Made by a program: the position numbers and the translations under genes. Under the pieces are notes generated by a model that did no database searches, was not told the origin of the DNA, and was given only the letters and a program-made list of their open reading frames with translations. This document shows, one piece after another, positions 14,099-27,002 of a stretch of 47,099 nucleotides of DNA (position 1 is its first letter; the number at the start of each line of letters is the position of its first letter). The DNA is taken from NCBI GenBank assembly GCA_050230475.1, contig JBFLGF010000057.1:62001-109099 (forward strand). Direction: 5' to 3'. Source of the stretch: Ancylonema sp. Its lineage: Eukaryota.

Positions 14099-17000
14099 AT
14101 GGAGTCCCGCACATTGCGCCGCGTAGAGTTGATGGTCCAGCACTTGACAGGTGGCACCGCTCAAGGGAGGACCGTACAAGTCTCAGCAGCCCCGTGTTTG
14201 AATTATCTGCCACCCGAGGCAAATCGCTGTAAGTCTTTTTTTATAATCACACTTGAAGGCTAGTGGAGTCGACTGAAGGTTGTACTACCAAGGTCATCAA
14301 AGAATTATTTTTTTCGCCAAATCACGATGGCCCTTGTGCTTTTAACATGGTACATGCGCCGTTTCTAATTTTAAATCGTTTTTTTTTCCCCATCCGTCAC
14401 CAGCCACGTCTTCCATCGACCCCGCCGCCCTCCGCCAGCTCCAGGACATGGACGCAAACATTTTGGACCACATGTTTGGCGTTTTCGCTGCCAACAAAGT
14501 CTTTTGGCCCCAGGAGGCTGCCCCAGTTGACGGCCACCTGTACACTCAGATGGATTATAATTCCACGAAAGAGGACCAGCGGACGGTCACGATGAAGCGA
14601 ATCATGTTCCTTCGCGACCGCGGCTACTTCAAGGACTGGCTCACCACGAACGATGTGGAGGAGCTGCGGAAGAAGGCTGCCATGCATCAAGCGATCGGAT
14701 ACTACGACCACTCGATGGGGATCAAGCTGGGCGTGCACATCCACCTCTGGTACGACCGATGCGTCAGATGGGGGGGTCAACGGGATGGGGGAGGGGATCG
14801 GCAGCGTATAATTGGATGAGGGGGGCGAGATGAGAGTGCATAAAACGAAAGGGAGGGAAGATGGGGGAGGGTGGGAGGCAGGGCTGGGCGGTTGGGGAGG
14901 TGGTCGGGTGGAAGATGATCCAGGAAAGAGGGTGCTTCGTTTCTCGCAACTACCTTACAACTGAGTTGGTCCTATTTCTGATATTTGAAACTGTGGGCGA
15001 CACAAATTGTGACGTATACGTTCTATGTCTTTGTGTGATGTCATTCGAGAAATGAAGTACTCTATCATATTGGGCAGGGGGGGGGGGGACTATGCATATC
15101 CATACACATATACATGCACTGGTTTCTAGTCTGAGTCTGTGTTCATGTGTGGGGCATGGCAGGGGGGGGGCGGTGAAGTACCTGGGCACAGAGCGGCACC
15201 ACCAGCAGTGGCTGAAGAAGACGGAGGAGTACGAGGTCGCAGGGTGCTTTGCGCTCACAGAGCTGGGGCATGGGAGCAATGTGAGCAGAGGAGGGGGGCA
15301 GTACAGGAGGGGAGGGGGGGGGACAGCGGGAATCGGATAATAGTGATTTTCTGAGAAAGAGAAGCTTCGCCATATTGTCTGCTGTGCTGTTTTGTTTTGC
15401 TGTAGATCAGCGATCGATACTTGTGTTAAAAAAAAAAAAAAAAAAAAAGGGTACCCACCAACACACACACGTTCACGTCGCCACTCTGATATTGAGACTT
15501 TCGGAGAAAACGTGGGTGTGAGGGACCGGAGTTGTGACCTCAATTCCGCCCCCCCCTCTCCCCCCTCCAGGTCCGCGGCATTGAGACAGTGGCCACCTTC
15601 GACGCTGAGCGGGGGGAGTTCGTCATCAACACCCCCTGCGAGTCTGCGCAGAAGTTCTGGATCGGAGGGGCAGCCCAGGTGAGGGGTCTGTTCTCAAACC
15701 GCTCTCTCTGTTGTCTTCACCTGACCCCTTCTGCTCCCCCCCCTCCCTCTGTCGCTTTCTCCTGCCCCCCCCAGCACGCCACCCACACGGTGTGCTTCGC
15801 CCAGTTGCACATCGGTGGCAGGAACGAGGGGGTGCATGCCTTTGTGGTCCAGCTGCGCGAGGGGGGGGGGGGCGTGCTGCCGGGGGGTGCGCATCGCAGA
15901 CTGCGGACACAAAATCGGACTGAACGGGGTGGACAACGGAAGGATCTGGTGGGTGGAGGCCGATCTTGGTGCATCGAGTTGAATTCGGAGACACAACTTT
16001 CGAAGTTGTTGAATTTAGTTTCTCCCTCCCTCCCTTTCTCCCCTCCATCCATTCTCTTGATTTTTTTTGTTTTCTTCGCTTTCTGTTTTGGAACACAAAC
16101 CTTCCTCCCCTGTCCTCATATTTCTGTTTCCGTCTCCGTTTCCGTTTAGGTTCGACCACGTGCGCATTCCCCGCAAAAACATTCTGAACGCAGTCGCTGA
16201 CGTCACCCCCGAGGGAAAGTACAGCAGCCCCATAACCGATCCCGACCAGGTCCCAACACCATACCCACATTCATAGGGGGGGGGGGGAGGGGAGCTATGT
16301 CCACGCTGCAGGGTTCCCAAACATCGATCAAAGTGATTGTACGTAGGTGGTGACTCATTTTTTAATTTGTTTTTTTGTTTTGTGTGGGTTTCAGCGGTTT
16401 GCTGCTTTCATGTCTCCTCTCACGGGTGGGCGGGTGACGATCGCTGTGAGTGCAGTGGACCAATGCAAGGTGAGAGGGTGGGGGGGGGCGGATACCTTTT
16501 GCTGCGGCAGTTTGTTTGGAACTTTTCTGCAAGGAGGTCACCACAATATAAGCTGTCGTGATTGTGATAAGTCGTGAGGTTTGACGGCGAAATATGACAT
16601 CTCATCACAAATCTGATGTTAGACTGCAGCGATTTCAGATTCATGTCGGTTGGGGTCAATTGCTTTGTTCTCATCAGTACAGCTGGCAGACGCCACGGTT
16701 GTGTTTTGGAGACGTCGATGTTTGTATCCCTGATACTTTTCTGTACGAATGAGTCATCTAAATCATCATAATTTTTTATGTAATCCTGATTTCACTGTTA
16801 ATATTACTACATCATTCTCGTCATTTTCAATTTTGTATTCCTACATCATCCTCATCATCCCTGTCCTTTCTCCATGACAGCTCTACCGACCCACTTCCAA
16901 CTCCACCTCCCCACGCTCCATAACTCACCTATCCCTCCCCCCCCCCCCCCCTCTTTCAGACGGGTCTGTCCATCGCGCTCCGCTACAGTCTGGGCAGGAA

Positions 17001-19549
17001 GGCCTTTGCTCTCACTCCGGGGGAGGAGGAGGTGCTGCTGCTGGACTACCCCACCCACCAGAGACGGCTTTTGCCACTTCTGGCAAAAACGTATGCGACA
17101 AAATCCTTCCCCCCTCAGATTCGCCCCCCTCTGCCATTCTGCCATTCTGCCATTCCGCCTTTTGCCCCACTCCCGATGTTGTCTGTCACCAGAAACCAGA
17201 AATTGGACAAAACCATAAAACCACAAAACCACAAAACCACAAAACCATAAAACCATAAAACCATAAAACCATAAAACCATAAAACCATAAAACCGTAAAC
17301 ATAAAACCATAAAACCATAAAACCATAAAACCACCATAAAACCATAAAACCATAAAACCATAAAACCATAAAACCATAAAACCATAAAACCATAAAACCA
17401 TAAAACCATAAAACCATAAAACCATAAAACCGTAAACATAAAACCATAAAACCATAAAACCATAAAACCATAAAACCATAAAACCATAAAACCATAAAAC
17501 CATAAAACCATAAAACCATAAAACCATAAAACCATAAAACCATAAAACCATAAAACCAGGCCCAAAATAAAAGAATCGAACAAAACCGGAACCCAGAACG
17601 CCGACCCCTTACTGAAAACTACAAACCCTCTGTCCTCTAACCGCAAACCTCAAACCACAAACCCTAAACACGAAATCTTAATTCTCCTAATTCCAAATAC
17701 TAAAACCCCAAACCGTTTGCCTCCCCTTTCCTCCCCCCCCTCCCCCCCTCCCCCCCAGCTATGCCCTTTCCTTCGCCTGCAACGCCCTCAAGTCGCTGTA
17801 CCTCCACCGCTCGCCCTCTGACGCGAAGCTTATCCACGTCATGTCCTCGGGCTATAAGGCCATGTGCTCCTGGCACATGTTGCGCACGCTGCAGGTGGGG
17901 GGGGGGGGATTATCGTCAATTATAAGACGATCGTTTGTCGTGGCTGTCATTTCTTGAGGGGGTGTGGTGATATGCCTTTCGCTGCCCACCTCCGTGGGTG
18001 TGATTGCTGAGGTGGATGTCGAAAATGAAGGGTTTGAGGTTTAAGGTGTTATGTTTAACATTCAAGGTTTACTGTCAAAGGTTTGAGGAGTTTGGTGTGG
18101 ATCCGAACTGCTGGGGTTCCGGGTTTGGGGTTTAAGGTTTCGGTTTCTGGATGCAGGAAGCGCGTGAGGCGTGTGGCGGTCAGGGCATCCGTTCAGATAA
18201 CCGCATCGGTCAACTGAAGGCGGAGCACGACGTGATGGCCACGTTCGAGGGCGACAACAACGTGCTCATGCAGACCGTGAGGCCATGCAAACAAACCCCA
18301 AAACCCCAAAACTCCAAAACCCCGAAACCCCAAAACCTCAAAACCTCAAAACCCAGAAATCTCAAAACCCCAAAATCCGAAAACTAGACCAACTGGAATG
18401 ATACCCGTGAAAAACATTGGCATCGAGATCCCTGAAACCGTTTCAGGGACCGTTTTGAAAGCGGAGACTGTGACTCCACAGACCCCTCAAGCCCTCAAAC
18501 CCTGAACCCCAGAATTCCAACCCTTGAACCCCAGGTGACCCCATTTGCAATCCACACCTCCCCCCATCAGGTGAGCAAGGCCATTTTGGGCGACTACCTG
18601 GCAGCTGTGAAGAAAGGCCGGGCGCTGACGGGGATGGGGCTGGAGCACTGCAACCGACCAAAGGCCCCCCTCTCCTCTCAGGCGACTGCGCAGACGCTCA
18701 GGGACGGAAAATTCCAGGTATTTGCTGGAGGGAACGAGATCAGAGGGGTGGGGGGGGCTGGGGGAATGGGGTATGCTTTGGTGAGGGAGGAAGGGGGGGT
18801 GGGGGTTGGGCAAGGCGGCTGATGAGTTGGCAGGTGGCTGTTACAGGTTGGGCTGTTCCAGCTCCGAGAGCGGGATTTGTTGGAGCAGTTTGCGGCAGAG
18901 GTGGGGGAGAGGATGAAGGGGGGGGCGAGCATGGCAGACGCTCTCAACCAGGTGCGCGCCAAAACCCCTCGTCAAAAACCATTCATGTTTGAATTACAGC
19001 TCGTAGATCGCAGATCGTAGATTGTGAAGTTTGTGATGGCTGTAGCATCGTCTAACAACTTGGCTGACTCGTCCGCCACGTGTCACTCTTCAGAGCTACC
19101 AAGTGGCCACGGATCTGGGGAAGGCGCATGCGGAGCGGCAGGTGTTGGAAGCGATCCTACTGGTCGCCAAAACCGTATCCCCCGCACCCAATCGGGAAGC
19201 GATCCTCCTCATGGCCTCCCTCTATTTCGCCGCCACGATCGACGAGGACGCCGTTTTTCTTCGGAACGGATACATCACGCAGCAGCAGGCGAAGGGGGTG
19301 CATAAGGAGGTGGCGCAGCTGTGCGCCCAAATGCGGCCGCACACGCTGGCGTTGGTGGAGGGGATGGGCGTGCCGAAACACCTTTTGGGGCCGATCGCGT
19401 TCGATTGGGTGGACTTTTATTCGTGGAAGAATGTGGAGGGGGGGAAGGGGGGAGAGGGAGTACAGATAGCGCATTCGGGAGAGGGGATGGGGGGGGGGGT
19501 GGGGAGGGTGGGTGGGGGGTTTGTAGATCATACGTTTTGTAAGGTATGA
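14099..19549 (+). CDS. ACX3: Peroxisomal acyl-CoA oxidase, ACX3-like, copy 1 (13 exons; one apparent homopolymer frameshift)
   Basis: Exons 14099-14228 (PTS2 RVELMVQHL), 14404-14749, 15163-15280 ([13 protein letters not shown]), 15571-15678 (AQKFWIGG), 15775-15948, 16150-16249, 16395-16469, 16960-17090, 17759-17894, 18157-18276 ([10 protein letters not shown]...[11 protein letters not shown]), 18571-18717, 18847-18951, 19094-19549. One extra G in the exon 5 G-runs shifts the frame before VRIADCGHK. Confidence 0.95.
17209..17557. repeat. Octamer tandem satellite (AAAACCAT)n in ACX3 copy 1 intron 8
   Basis: About 43 units with variants AAAACCAC, AAAACCGT and AAACAT. Confidence 0.97.
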
Positions 19550-20456
19550 ATGTCAAGGAGAGGAGGAGAGGTGATGAGATTGGAGGTGTGCATACGATAA
19601 CAGAGATTGGGAGGGTTAAGAAAGAAGATGGGGAAGTGATGTTAGAAATGCATTAGGTTTTAATTTTTTTTGTGGGTAGTGATTGTCGAAAGAAGATGGA
19701 ATTGAATCGCTATTTTGTAACGATTTGTTAAGAGAGCTTGGTGGCAGACAAATAAGAGGTAGTAATGTTGTGCTGAGGAAGCATGTGCATAGCTCCACAA
19801 TGCAACAACTCCCTTGACCTGTGTGGCAAGTGAGGCTTGTGCAGAGTTATTCGACAAAAGAGACCATATTATTGGTGGGCCAACATAAAATAAAACAAAT
19901 GTGTACCACGATCTTTCGTGAAGTTCGCATCAAGTACTAATGATGAAACTCTGTGCGCATGCAATTTTTCATACAAACCTTTCAACCAAACCAAGCATTG
20001 AATTTACCCCCTGAATGTTACCTATAACATGAATCGAAGATTTTTTTCGTGCCCACCCCATAATGTTCGAAAAAGGTTGTGTTTCTTGCGAAAAAAATGC
20101 TATGCAAGCTTTAGCTGCTGGTGACAAGCTTGGCGATATTAAATTGAATTGATTTTTTTTCCATTTCACCAAAGTTGCGGGTCTGCACACGTGGGTACAT
20201 CACAATAATATATGGTTATTATGTGATTCTGTGTTTGTTTCGTACAGAATATGTCGTAAAAACTGCGATGAATCCCTCTCTTGGTCATTACGTAATCATC
20301 GAAAACTTGCATTCAATTTGTAAATAATACACATACAGCCACCCCAATAATGACATCAATCTCTTTGGAATGTTCACACCTCGCTCCTGCGAAATAGAGC
20401 CCTCACTTACAAATCCGCAGAAACAGCCACACAGGCCTCTCGGTGCTTTGTGATCG

Positions 20457-20457
20457 N
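20457..20457. other. Single N, probable contig junction
   Basis: n at 20457, where similarity between the duplicated units ends. Confidence 0.8.
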
Positions 20458-20994
20458 AAAAAGTGGTCATCTCACCACTTCGGTCGTTACCCCGTCGTTA
20501 ACCGCGGGTTTCGACGTAAAGTGGTGAGAAAAAGTGGCTGGTCCTAAGGAATGCTCTTAGAGGAGGCGCAATTCTTAATAACTCGAAAGAATCGAAAGAG
20601 GAGGCGCAATTTTTCCGACACTTTATTTGAACCGTCCGAAAACACACCATATATTTGGTGACTAAGATTATATTCACGAAAATCGATTTATAGATTGCAC
20701 TCATAACTTTTGTTGATGCCTCGTCACTGACTCACTGACGTTGCCCAGCGGAACCACCCAAGGAAAGTGGACAGCACGACACGTACGGCGTAGGCCCTGG
20801 AACGCCTCCCACACCTTCTGATGCTTAGCCGGTTCTTGCTGCGGTCACAGACGACTCGATTACTCGGCGCAATCCCGAATTCTTTCAGACATCGTGTAGC
20901 GTAGCTGGACTGCACAGCCCGCTGCTTTGTTCGGACGAAGTGTCACCAGTCGCATTTGTCCGTAAACGACCACTTTTGAGAAAGGAGAGGGCAG

Positions 20995-23646
20995 ATGGAG
21001 TCCCGCACATTGCGCCGCGTTGAGTTGATGGTCCAGCACTTGACAGGTGGCGCGGCTCAAGGGAGGACCGTACAAGTCTCAGCAGCCCCGTGTTTGAATT
21101 ATGAGCCACCCGAGGCAAACCATTGTGAGTCTTTTTTTCCAATCACCCTTGAAGTCTAGCGGAGTCGACTGAAGTATGTATGAGCAAGGTTACATGCGCC
21201 GTTCCTAATTTAAATTCGTTTTTTTTTCCCGTCGCCGGGTTCCGTCACCAGCCAAGTCTTCCATCGACCCTGCCGCCCTCCGCCAGCTCCTGGACATGGA
21301 CGCTAACATTTTGGACCACATGTTTGGCGTTTTCGCTGCCAATAAAGTCTTTTGGCCCCAGGAGACTGCCCCAGTTGGCGGCCACCTGTACACTCAGATG
21401 GATTACAATTCTACGAAAGAGGACCAGCGGACGGTCACGATGAAGCGAATCCTGTTCCTTCGCGACCGCGGCTACTTCAAGGACTGGCTCACCTCGAGCG
21501 ACGTGGAGGAGCTGCGGAAGAAGGCCGCCATGCATCAGGCGATCGGGTACTTCGACCACTCGATGGGGATCAAGCTGGGTGTGCACATCCACCTCTGGTA
21601 CGGGATGGGGGAGGGGGGGAGGCAGGGCTGGGCGGTTGGGGGGATGATGATCGAGGAAAGAGGGTGCTTCCTTCCTCGCAACCACCACCCTTCTAAGTTG
21701 CTCCTGTTTCTAATATTTGAAACAGTTGGCGACACAAATTGTGACGCATACGTTCCACGTCTTTGTGTGACATCATATGAGAGATGAAGTATTCTATCAA
21801 ATTGTGGAAGGGGGGGGGGGGACTATGCATATCCATACACATCCACATGCACTGGTTTCTTGTCCGAGTCTATATTCATGTGTGGCGCCCGGTTGCGGGG
21901 TATGGCAGGGGGGGGGCGGTTAAGTACCTCGGCACAGAGCGGCACCACCAGCAGTGGCTGAAGAAGACGGAGGAGTACGAGGTGGCAGGCTGCTTTGCGC
22001 TCACAGAGTTGGGGCATGGGAGCAATGTGAGCAGATGAGGGGGGCAGTACAGGGGAGGGGGGGGGGGGGGAGCAGCGAGGGTTACTGAGAACGGGGAGGC
22101 TCGACATTCTGTCTGCCGTGCTGTTTTGTTTTGTTGTAGATCAGCGATCGATACTTTTCTTACTTTTTACTTTTTTTTTTTTTTTTTTTGGGGTACCCAT
22201 CTACACACACACGTTCACATCGCCACTCTTATGGTGAGACCTGAGGAGCAAGCGGGGGTGCCCTCAATCCCCCCCTTCCCCCTCCCCCCTCCCCCCTCCA
22301 GGTGCGCGGCATCGAGACAGTGGCGACCTTCGACGCGGTGAGGGGGGAGTTCATCATCAACACTCCCTGCGAGTCTGCACAAAAGTTCTGGATTGGAGGG
22401 GCAGCCCAGGTGAGGGCTCTGCTGCTCCCTCCCGCCCCTCCACTGTCCCGGTCGCTGGTGTGGACACCTGGACGCAGATCTCAAGGGCACTCGAACCCTC
22501 TCTCTGTTGTTTTCACCTGACCCCTTTTGCTCCCCCCCCCTCCCTCTGTTGCTTTCTCCTGCCCCCCCCAGCACGCCACCCACACGGTGTGCTTCGCGCA
22601 GTTGCACATCGGTGGGCGGAACGAGGGGGTGCACGCTTTTGTGGTCCAGCTGCGCGAGGGGGGGGGAGCTATGTTCACGCCGCAGGGTTCCCAAACATCG
22701 GTCAAACTAGTCATAGATGGTCACTCATTTTTTTGTTTTTTTTGTTTTGTGTGCGTGCGGACACAAAATCGGACTGAACGGGGTGGACAACGGAAGGATC
22801 TGGTGGGTGGAGGCCGATCTTGGTGCATCGAGTTGAATTCGGAGACACAACTTTCGAAGTTGTTGAATTTAGTTTCTCCCTCCCTCCCTTTCTCCCCTCC
22901 ATCCATTCTCTTGATTTTTTTTGTTTTCTTCGCTTTCTGTTTTGGAACACAAACCTTCCTCCCCTGTCCTCATATTTCTGTTTCCGTCTCCGTTTCCGTT
23001 TAGGTTCGACCACGTGCGCATTCCCCGCAAAAACATTCTGAACGCAGTCGCTGACGTCACCCCCGAGGGAAAGTACAGCAGCCCCATAACCGATCCCGAC
23101 CAGGTCCCAACACCATACCCACATTCATAGGGGGGGGGGGGAGGGGAGCTATGTCCACGCTGCAGGGTTCCCAAACATCGATCAAAGTGATTGTACGTAG
23201 GTGGTGACTCATTTTTTAATTTGTTTTTTTGTTTTGTGTGGGTTTCAGCGGTTGCAAGGTGAGAGGGGGGGGGGGGTTGGGGGTTCCTTTTGGTTACTTT
23301 TGGTTCCTTTTGGTGCGGCAGTTTTTTTGGAACTTGTGTGCGTGGAGGTCATCACAATATAAGCTGTCGTGATTGTGAAAAGTCGTGAGGTCTGACCGCG
23401 AAATGTGACATAACTCATCACGAATCTGATAGCAGAATGCAGAAATCTCAGATTTATGTCAGTCTGGGTTGATCTCATCTGTACAGCTGGCAGATGTCAT
23501 GGTGGTGTTTTGGAGACGTCGATGTTTGTACACGTCACACTTTTCTGCACGTATAAGTCACCTAAATTATCATTTTTTAAAAATAATCCTGATAACACTG
23601 TTGATATCACCACATCATTCTCGTCATTTCAAAATTTTTATTCCTA

Positions 23647-23681
<35 letters not shown>

Positions 23682-25703
23682 CTTCCAGCTGCAGCTGCAC
23701 CCACCCACCCCTCCCCTCCCCCTCCTATTCAGACGGGTCTTTCCATTGCCCTCCGTTACAGTTTGGGTCGGAAGGCCTTTTCTCTCACCCCGGGGGAGGA
23801 GGAGGTGCTGCTGCTGGACTACCCCACCCACCAGAGACGGCTTTTGCCACTTCTGGCAAAAACGTACGCCAAAAAACTCTTCCCCCCTGCCATCCTGCCG
23901 TTCTGCCATTCTGCTTTTTGCCCCACTCCCGATGATGTCTGTCACCAGAAACCAGAAATCGGACAAAACCACAAAACCGTAAAACCAAGGCCCAAAATAA
24001 AAGAATCAAACAAAACCGGAACCCAGAAGGCCAACCCTTCAACTGTAAACCTCAAGCCACAAACCCTAAACCCGAAACCCTAATTCCCCTTATTCCAAAT
24101 CCTAAAACCCCCTCCTCCCCCCCTCCCCCCCTCCCCGCAGCTACGCGCTGGCCTTCGCCTGCAACGCCCTGAAGTCGCTGTACCTCCCCCGCTCGCCCTC
24201 CGACGCGAAGCTCATCCACGTCATCTCCTCGGGCTACAAGGCCGTGTGCTCCTGGCACATGCTGCGCACACTGCAGGTGGGGGGGAGGGGATGACTGGGC
24301 GTCAGGGCTGTCGTTTCTTGAGGGGGTGTGGTGATATGCTTTTCGCTGTCCACCTTGGTGGGTGCGGTTGCCGAGGTTGATGTGGAAAATGAAAGGTTTC
24401 GGGTTTAAGGTTTAAGGGTTGAGAATTAATATTCGGAGTTCAATGTCGAGGGTTCGAGGAGTTTGATGTGGATCCGGAATGTTGGTGCTCCAGGTTTTGG
24501 GTTTAAGGTTTCGGTTTCTGGATGATGCAGGAAGCGCGTGAGGCGTGCGGCGGGCAGGGCATCCGTTCAGATAACCGCATCGGTCAGCTGAAGGCGGAGC
24601 ACGACGTGATGGCCACGTTCGAGGGCGACAACAACGTGCTCATGCAGACCGTGAGCCCACGCAAATAAACCCCAAAACCCCAAAACCCCAACCATCTGGA
24701 AGGATGACCCCGAAAAACCTTGGCATCGAGATACCTAGAACCCTAAAAGCGGAGAGTGCGACTCCCCAGAGCCCTGAAGCCCTCGAATCCTGAACCCCAG
24801 CATTCCCCCCCCCCTCAGGTGAGCAAGGCCATTCTGGGCGACTACCTGGCGGCTGTGAAGAAAGGGCGGGCGCTGACGGGGATGGGGCTCGAGCACTGCA
24901 GCCGACCGAAGGCCGCCCTCTCCTCTCAGGCGACCGCGCAGACGCTCAGGGACGGAAACTTCCAGGTACTTGCGGGAGGGGTGGGGGGGCTGGGGGGATG
25001 GGGTACGCTTTGGTGAGGGAGGGAGGGGGGGTCGGGATTGGGCAAGGCGGCTGATGAGATGCCAGGTGGCGGTCGCAGGTTGGGCTGTTCCAGGTACGGG
25101 AGCGCGATTTGTTGGAGCAGTTTGCGGCAGAGGTGGTGGAGAGGATGAAGGGGGGGGCGGCCATGGCAGACGCTCTCAACCAGGTGCGCACGAATACCCC
25201 TCTCATGTCTGAATCATAGCTCAACCTCCGGGTGGCAGCTCGTAGATCGTGGATTGTGATGGCTGCCGTGTCGTTTATCAACTCGGCTGACGCATCCGCT
25301 ACGTATCACTCTCCAGAGCTACCAAGTGGCCACGGATCTGGGGAAGGCGCATGCGGAGCGGCAGGTGTTGGAGGCGATCCTGTTGGTCGCCAGAACCGCA
25401 TACCCCGCACCCAATCGGGAAGCGATCCTCCTCATGGCTTCCCTCTATTTCGCGGCGACGATCGACGAGGACGCCGTTTTTCTTCGGAACGGATACATCA
25501 CGCAGCAGCAGGCCAAGGGCGTGCACAAGGAGGTGGCCGTGCTCTGTGCCGAGATGCGGCCGCACACGCTGGCCTTGGTGGAGGGGCTGGGCGTGCCGAA
25601 GCACCTCTTGGGGCCGATCGCGTTCGATTGGGTGGACTTCTACTCGTGGAAGAATGTGGAGGTGGGGAAGGGGGGAGAGGGAGTACAGATTGCGCAGTCG
25701 TGA
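20995..25703 (+). CDS. ACX3: Acyl-CoA oxidase, ACX3-like, copy 2 (exons 5-7 scrambled as assembled)
   Basis: Exons 20995-21124, 21252-21597, 21909-22026, 22302-22409, 22572-(interrupted ~22667, resumes 22756-22802), 23004-23103, remnant 23249-23258, 23733-23863, 24141-24276, 24531-24650, 24819-24965, 25079-25183, 25317-25703 (TGA). Same intron positions as copy 1. Confidence 0.9.
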
Positions 25704-27002
25704 GAGGGGATGGGGGGGGGGTGGGGTGGGGGGGGTTTGTAGATCATATGTTATGTAAGGTACGAATGTCAAGGAGAGGGGAATAGGTGATGAGAATGGG
25801 GAATTGCGTACGATAACAGAGAAGAGAGTAGAAGAGGAGGGTGAAGAACGAAGATGGGTGAAGGGATGGTACAAATATATGTGGCCTTCATTTTTTTTGT
25901 GGGTAGTGATTGTCGAAACAAGATGGAATAGAACTTCTTTATTGTAATGATTTGTTAAGAGAGGTTGATGGCGGACAAATAAGAGGTAGCGATGCTGTGT
26001 TGAGGAAGCATGTTCATAGTTTCCCAAGGCAACTCCCTTGACCTATGTGGCAGTAGCTTGTCCGAAGTTGTTCGACATAGGTGACCATATTATTGGTGGC
26101 CTAACATTAAATAAAACTTATGTATGTACCGTGATCGTCTGTGAAGTTGGCACAAAGATTAAACCTAGTGCATATATAGTTTATTTTGCGAATTCTGTAC
26201 ATTGATTTTGCCCCCTGAAGATTACCTCATCACATGAATCAATCGAACACACTCCATTGTGTTCGTACATGATGTGTTTGTTGCGAAAAAAATGGCATGC
26301 AAGCATCTATGTCTGGTGATTAGTTCGGCGAAATTGAAATTCTCTTTTTCCATATCACCAAAAAAATTGGTATGCACACGTGGGTATAATATATGGTTAC
26401 TAGGAGAGCGTACGTACGCAATATGTCGTCAAAACTGCGATAGATTTTTCTTTTGGTGACCACGCAGTTATCGAAAACTTGCATTTATGTCATGTGTATC
26501 ATTTCGGTTTCAACACTGATGTCAATCTCTTTGGAACCTTCCCACCTCCCACCTGCGGAATAAAGCCCTTACAAAACCCCAGAAACAGCCACACAAGTGG
26601 TGACTGGCTTTTGGTGCTATGTAATCGTGGATAAGTTTCGTGATGAATTGTATATTTATAAACTTCAGGTTTATAAATTTTATACTACCACTTTCAACAT
26701 ATATGGAAATCATGGTAAGCCTCACATACTAAACGTGTACGACCAGTTAGGCAGCTGCCGGAGGATGGTATCATACTATAACGCCCACGTGGTGCATTGA
26801 TTACTCTTTTCCTGAAATGCAAAAATTGCCCCCCTTCAGCAGCCCCCCCCTAGGCATCAAGGCATGGAGACGGGTACTATTTCCACTCCCTCCTCTCCAT
26901 CTACTCGACAAGGTCGCCAATGCCAACTTGCCACGTGTCCTTCCGCCCCTCCACATTGCGTCCGCATCCCGCACCTCGTCCGAGGACCGAATCCGATTCG
27001 CC

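Larger units (their letters stand above)
13686..26620 (+). repeat. Segmental duplication: ~13686-20456 vs ~20578-26620, including upstream and downstream flanks
   Basis: Shared ATAACTCGAAAGAATCGAA...GATTGCACTCATAACTTTTGTTGATGCCT upstream and ...GAAACAGCCACACA downstream. Introns are alignable but diverged. A single N at 20457 lies between the units. Confidence 0.9.

Noticed and set aside
13822..14232. 136-aa ORF upstream of ACX3 copy 1 as a separate gene
   Set aside because: It overlaps ACX3 exon 1 in another frame and is not preserved in copy 2.
16855..17646. MVLWFYGF-repeat membrane-like ORFs
   Set aside because: Translation of the intronic (AAAACCAT)n array.
18819..18826. CTGATGAG hammerhead ribozyme core
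   Set aside because: No stem II followed by GAAA and no flanking helices.
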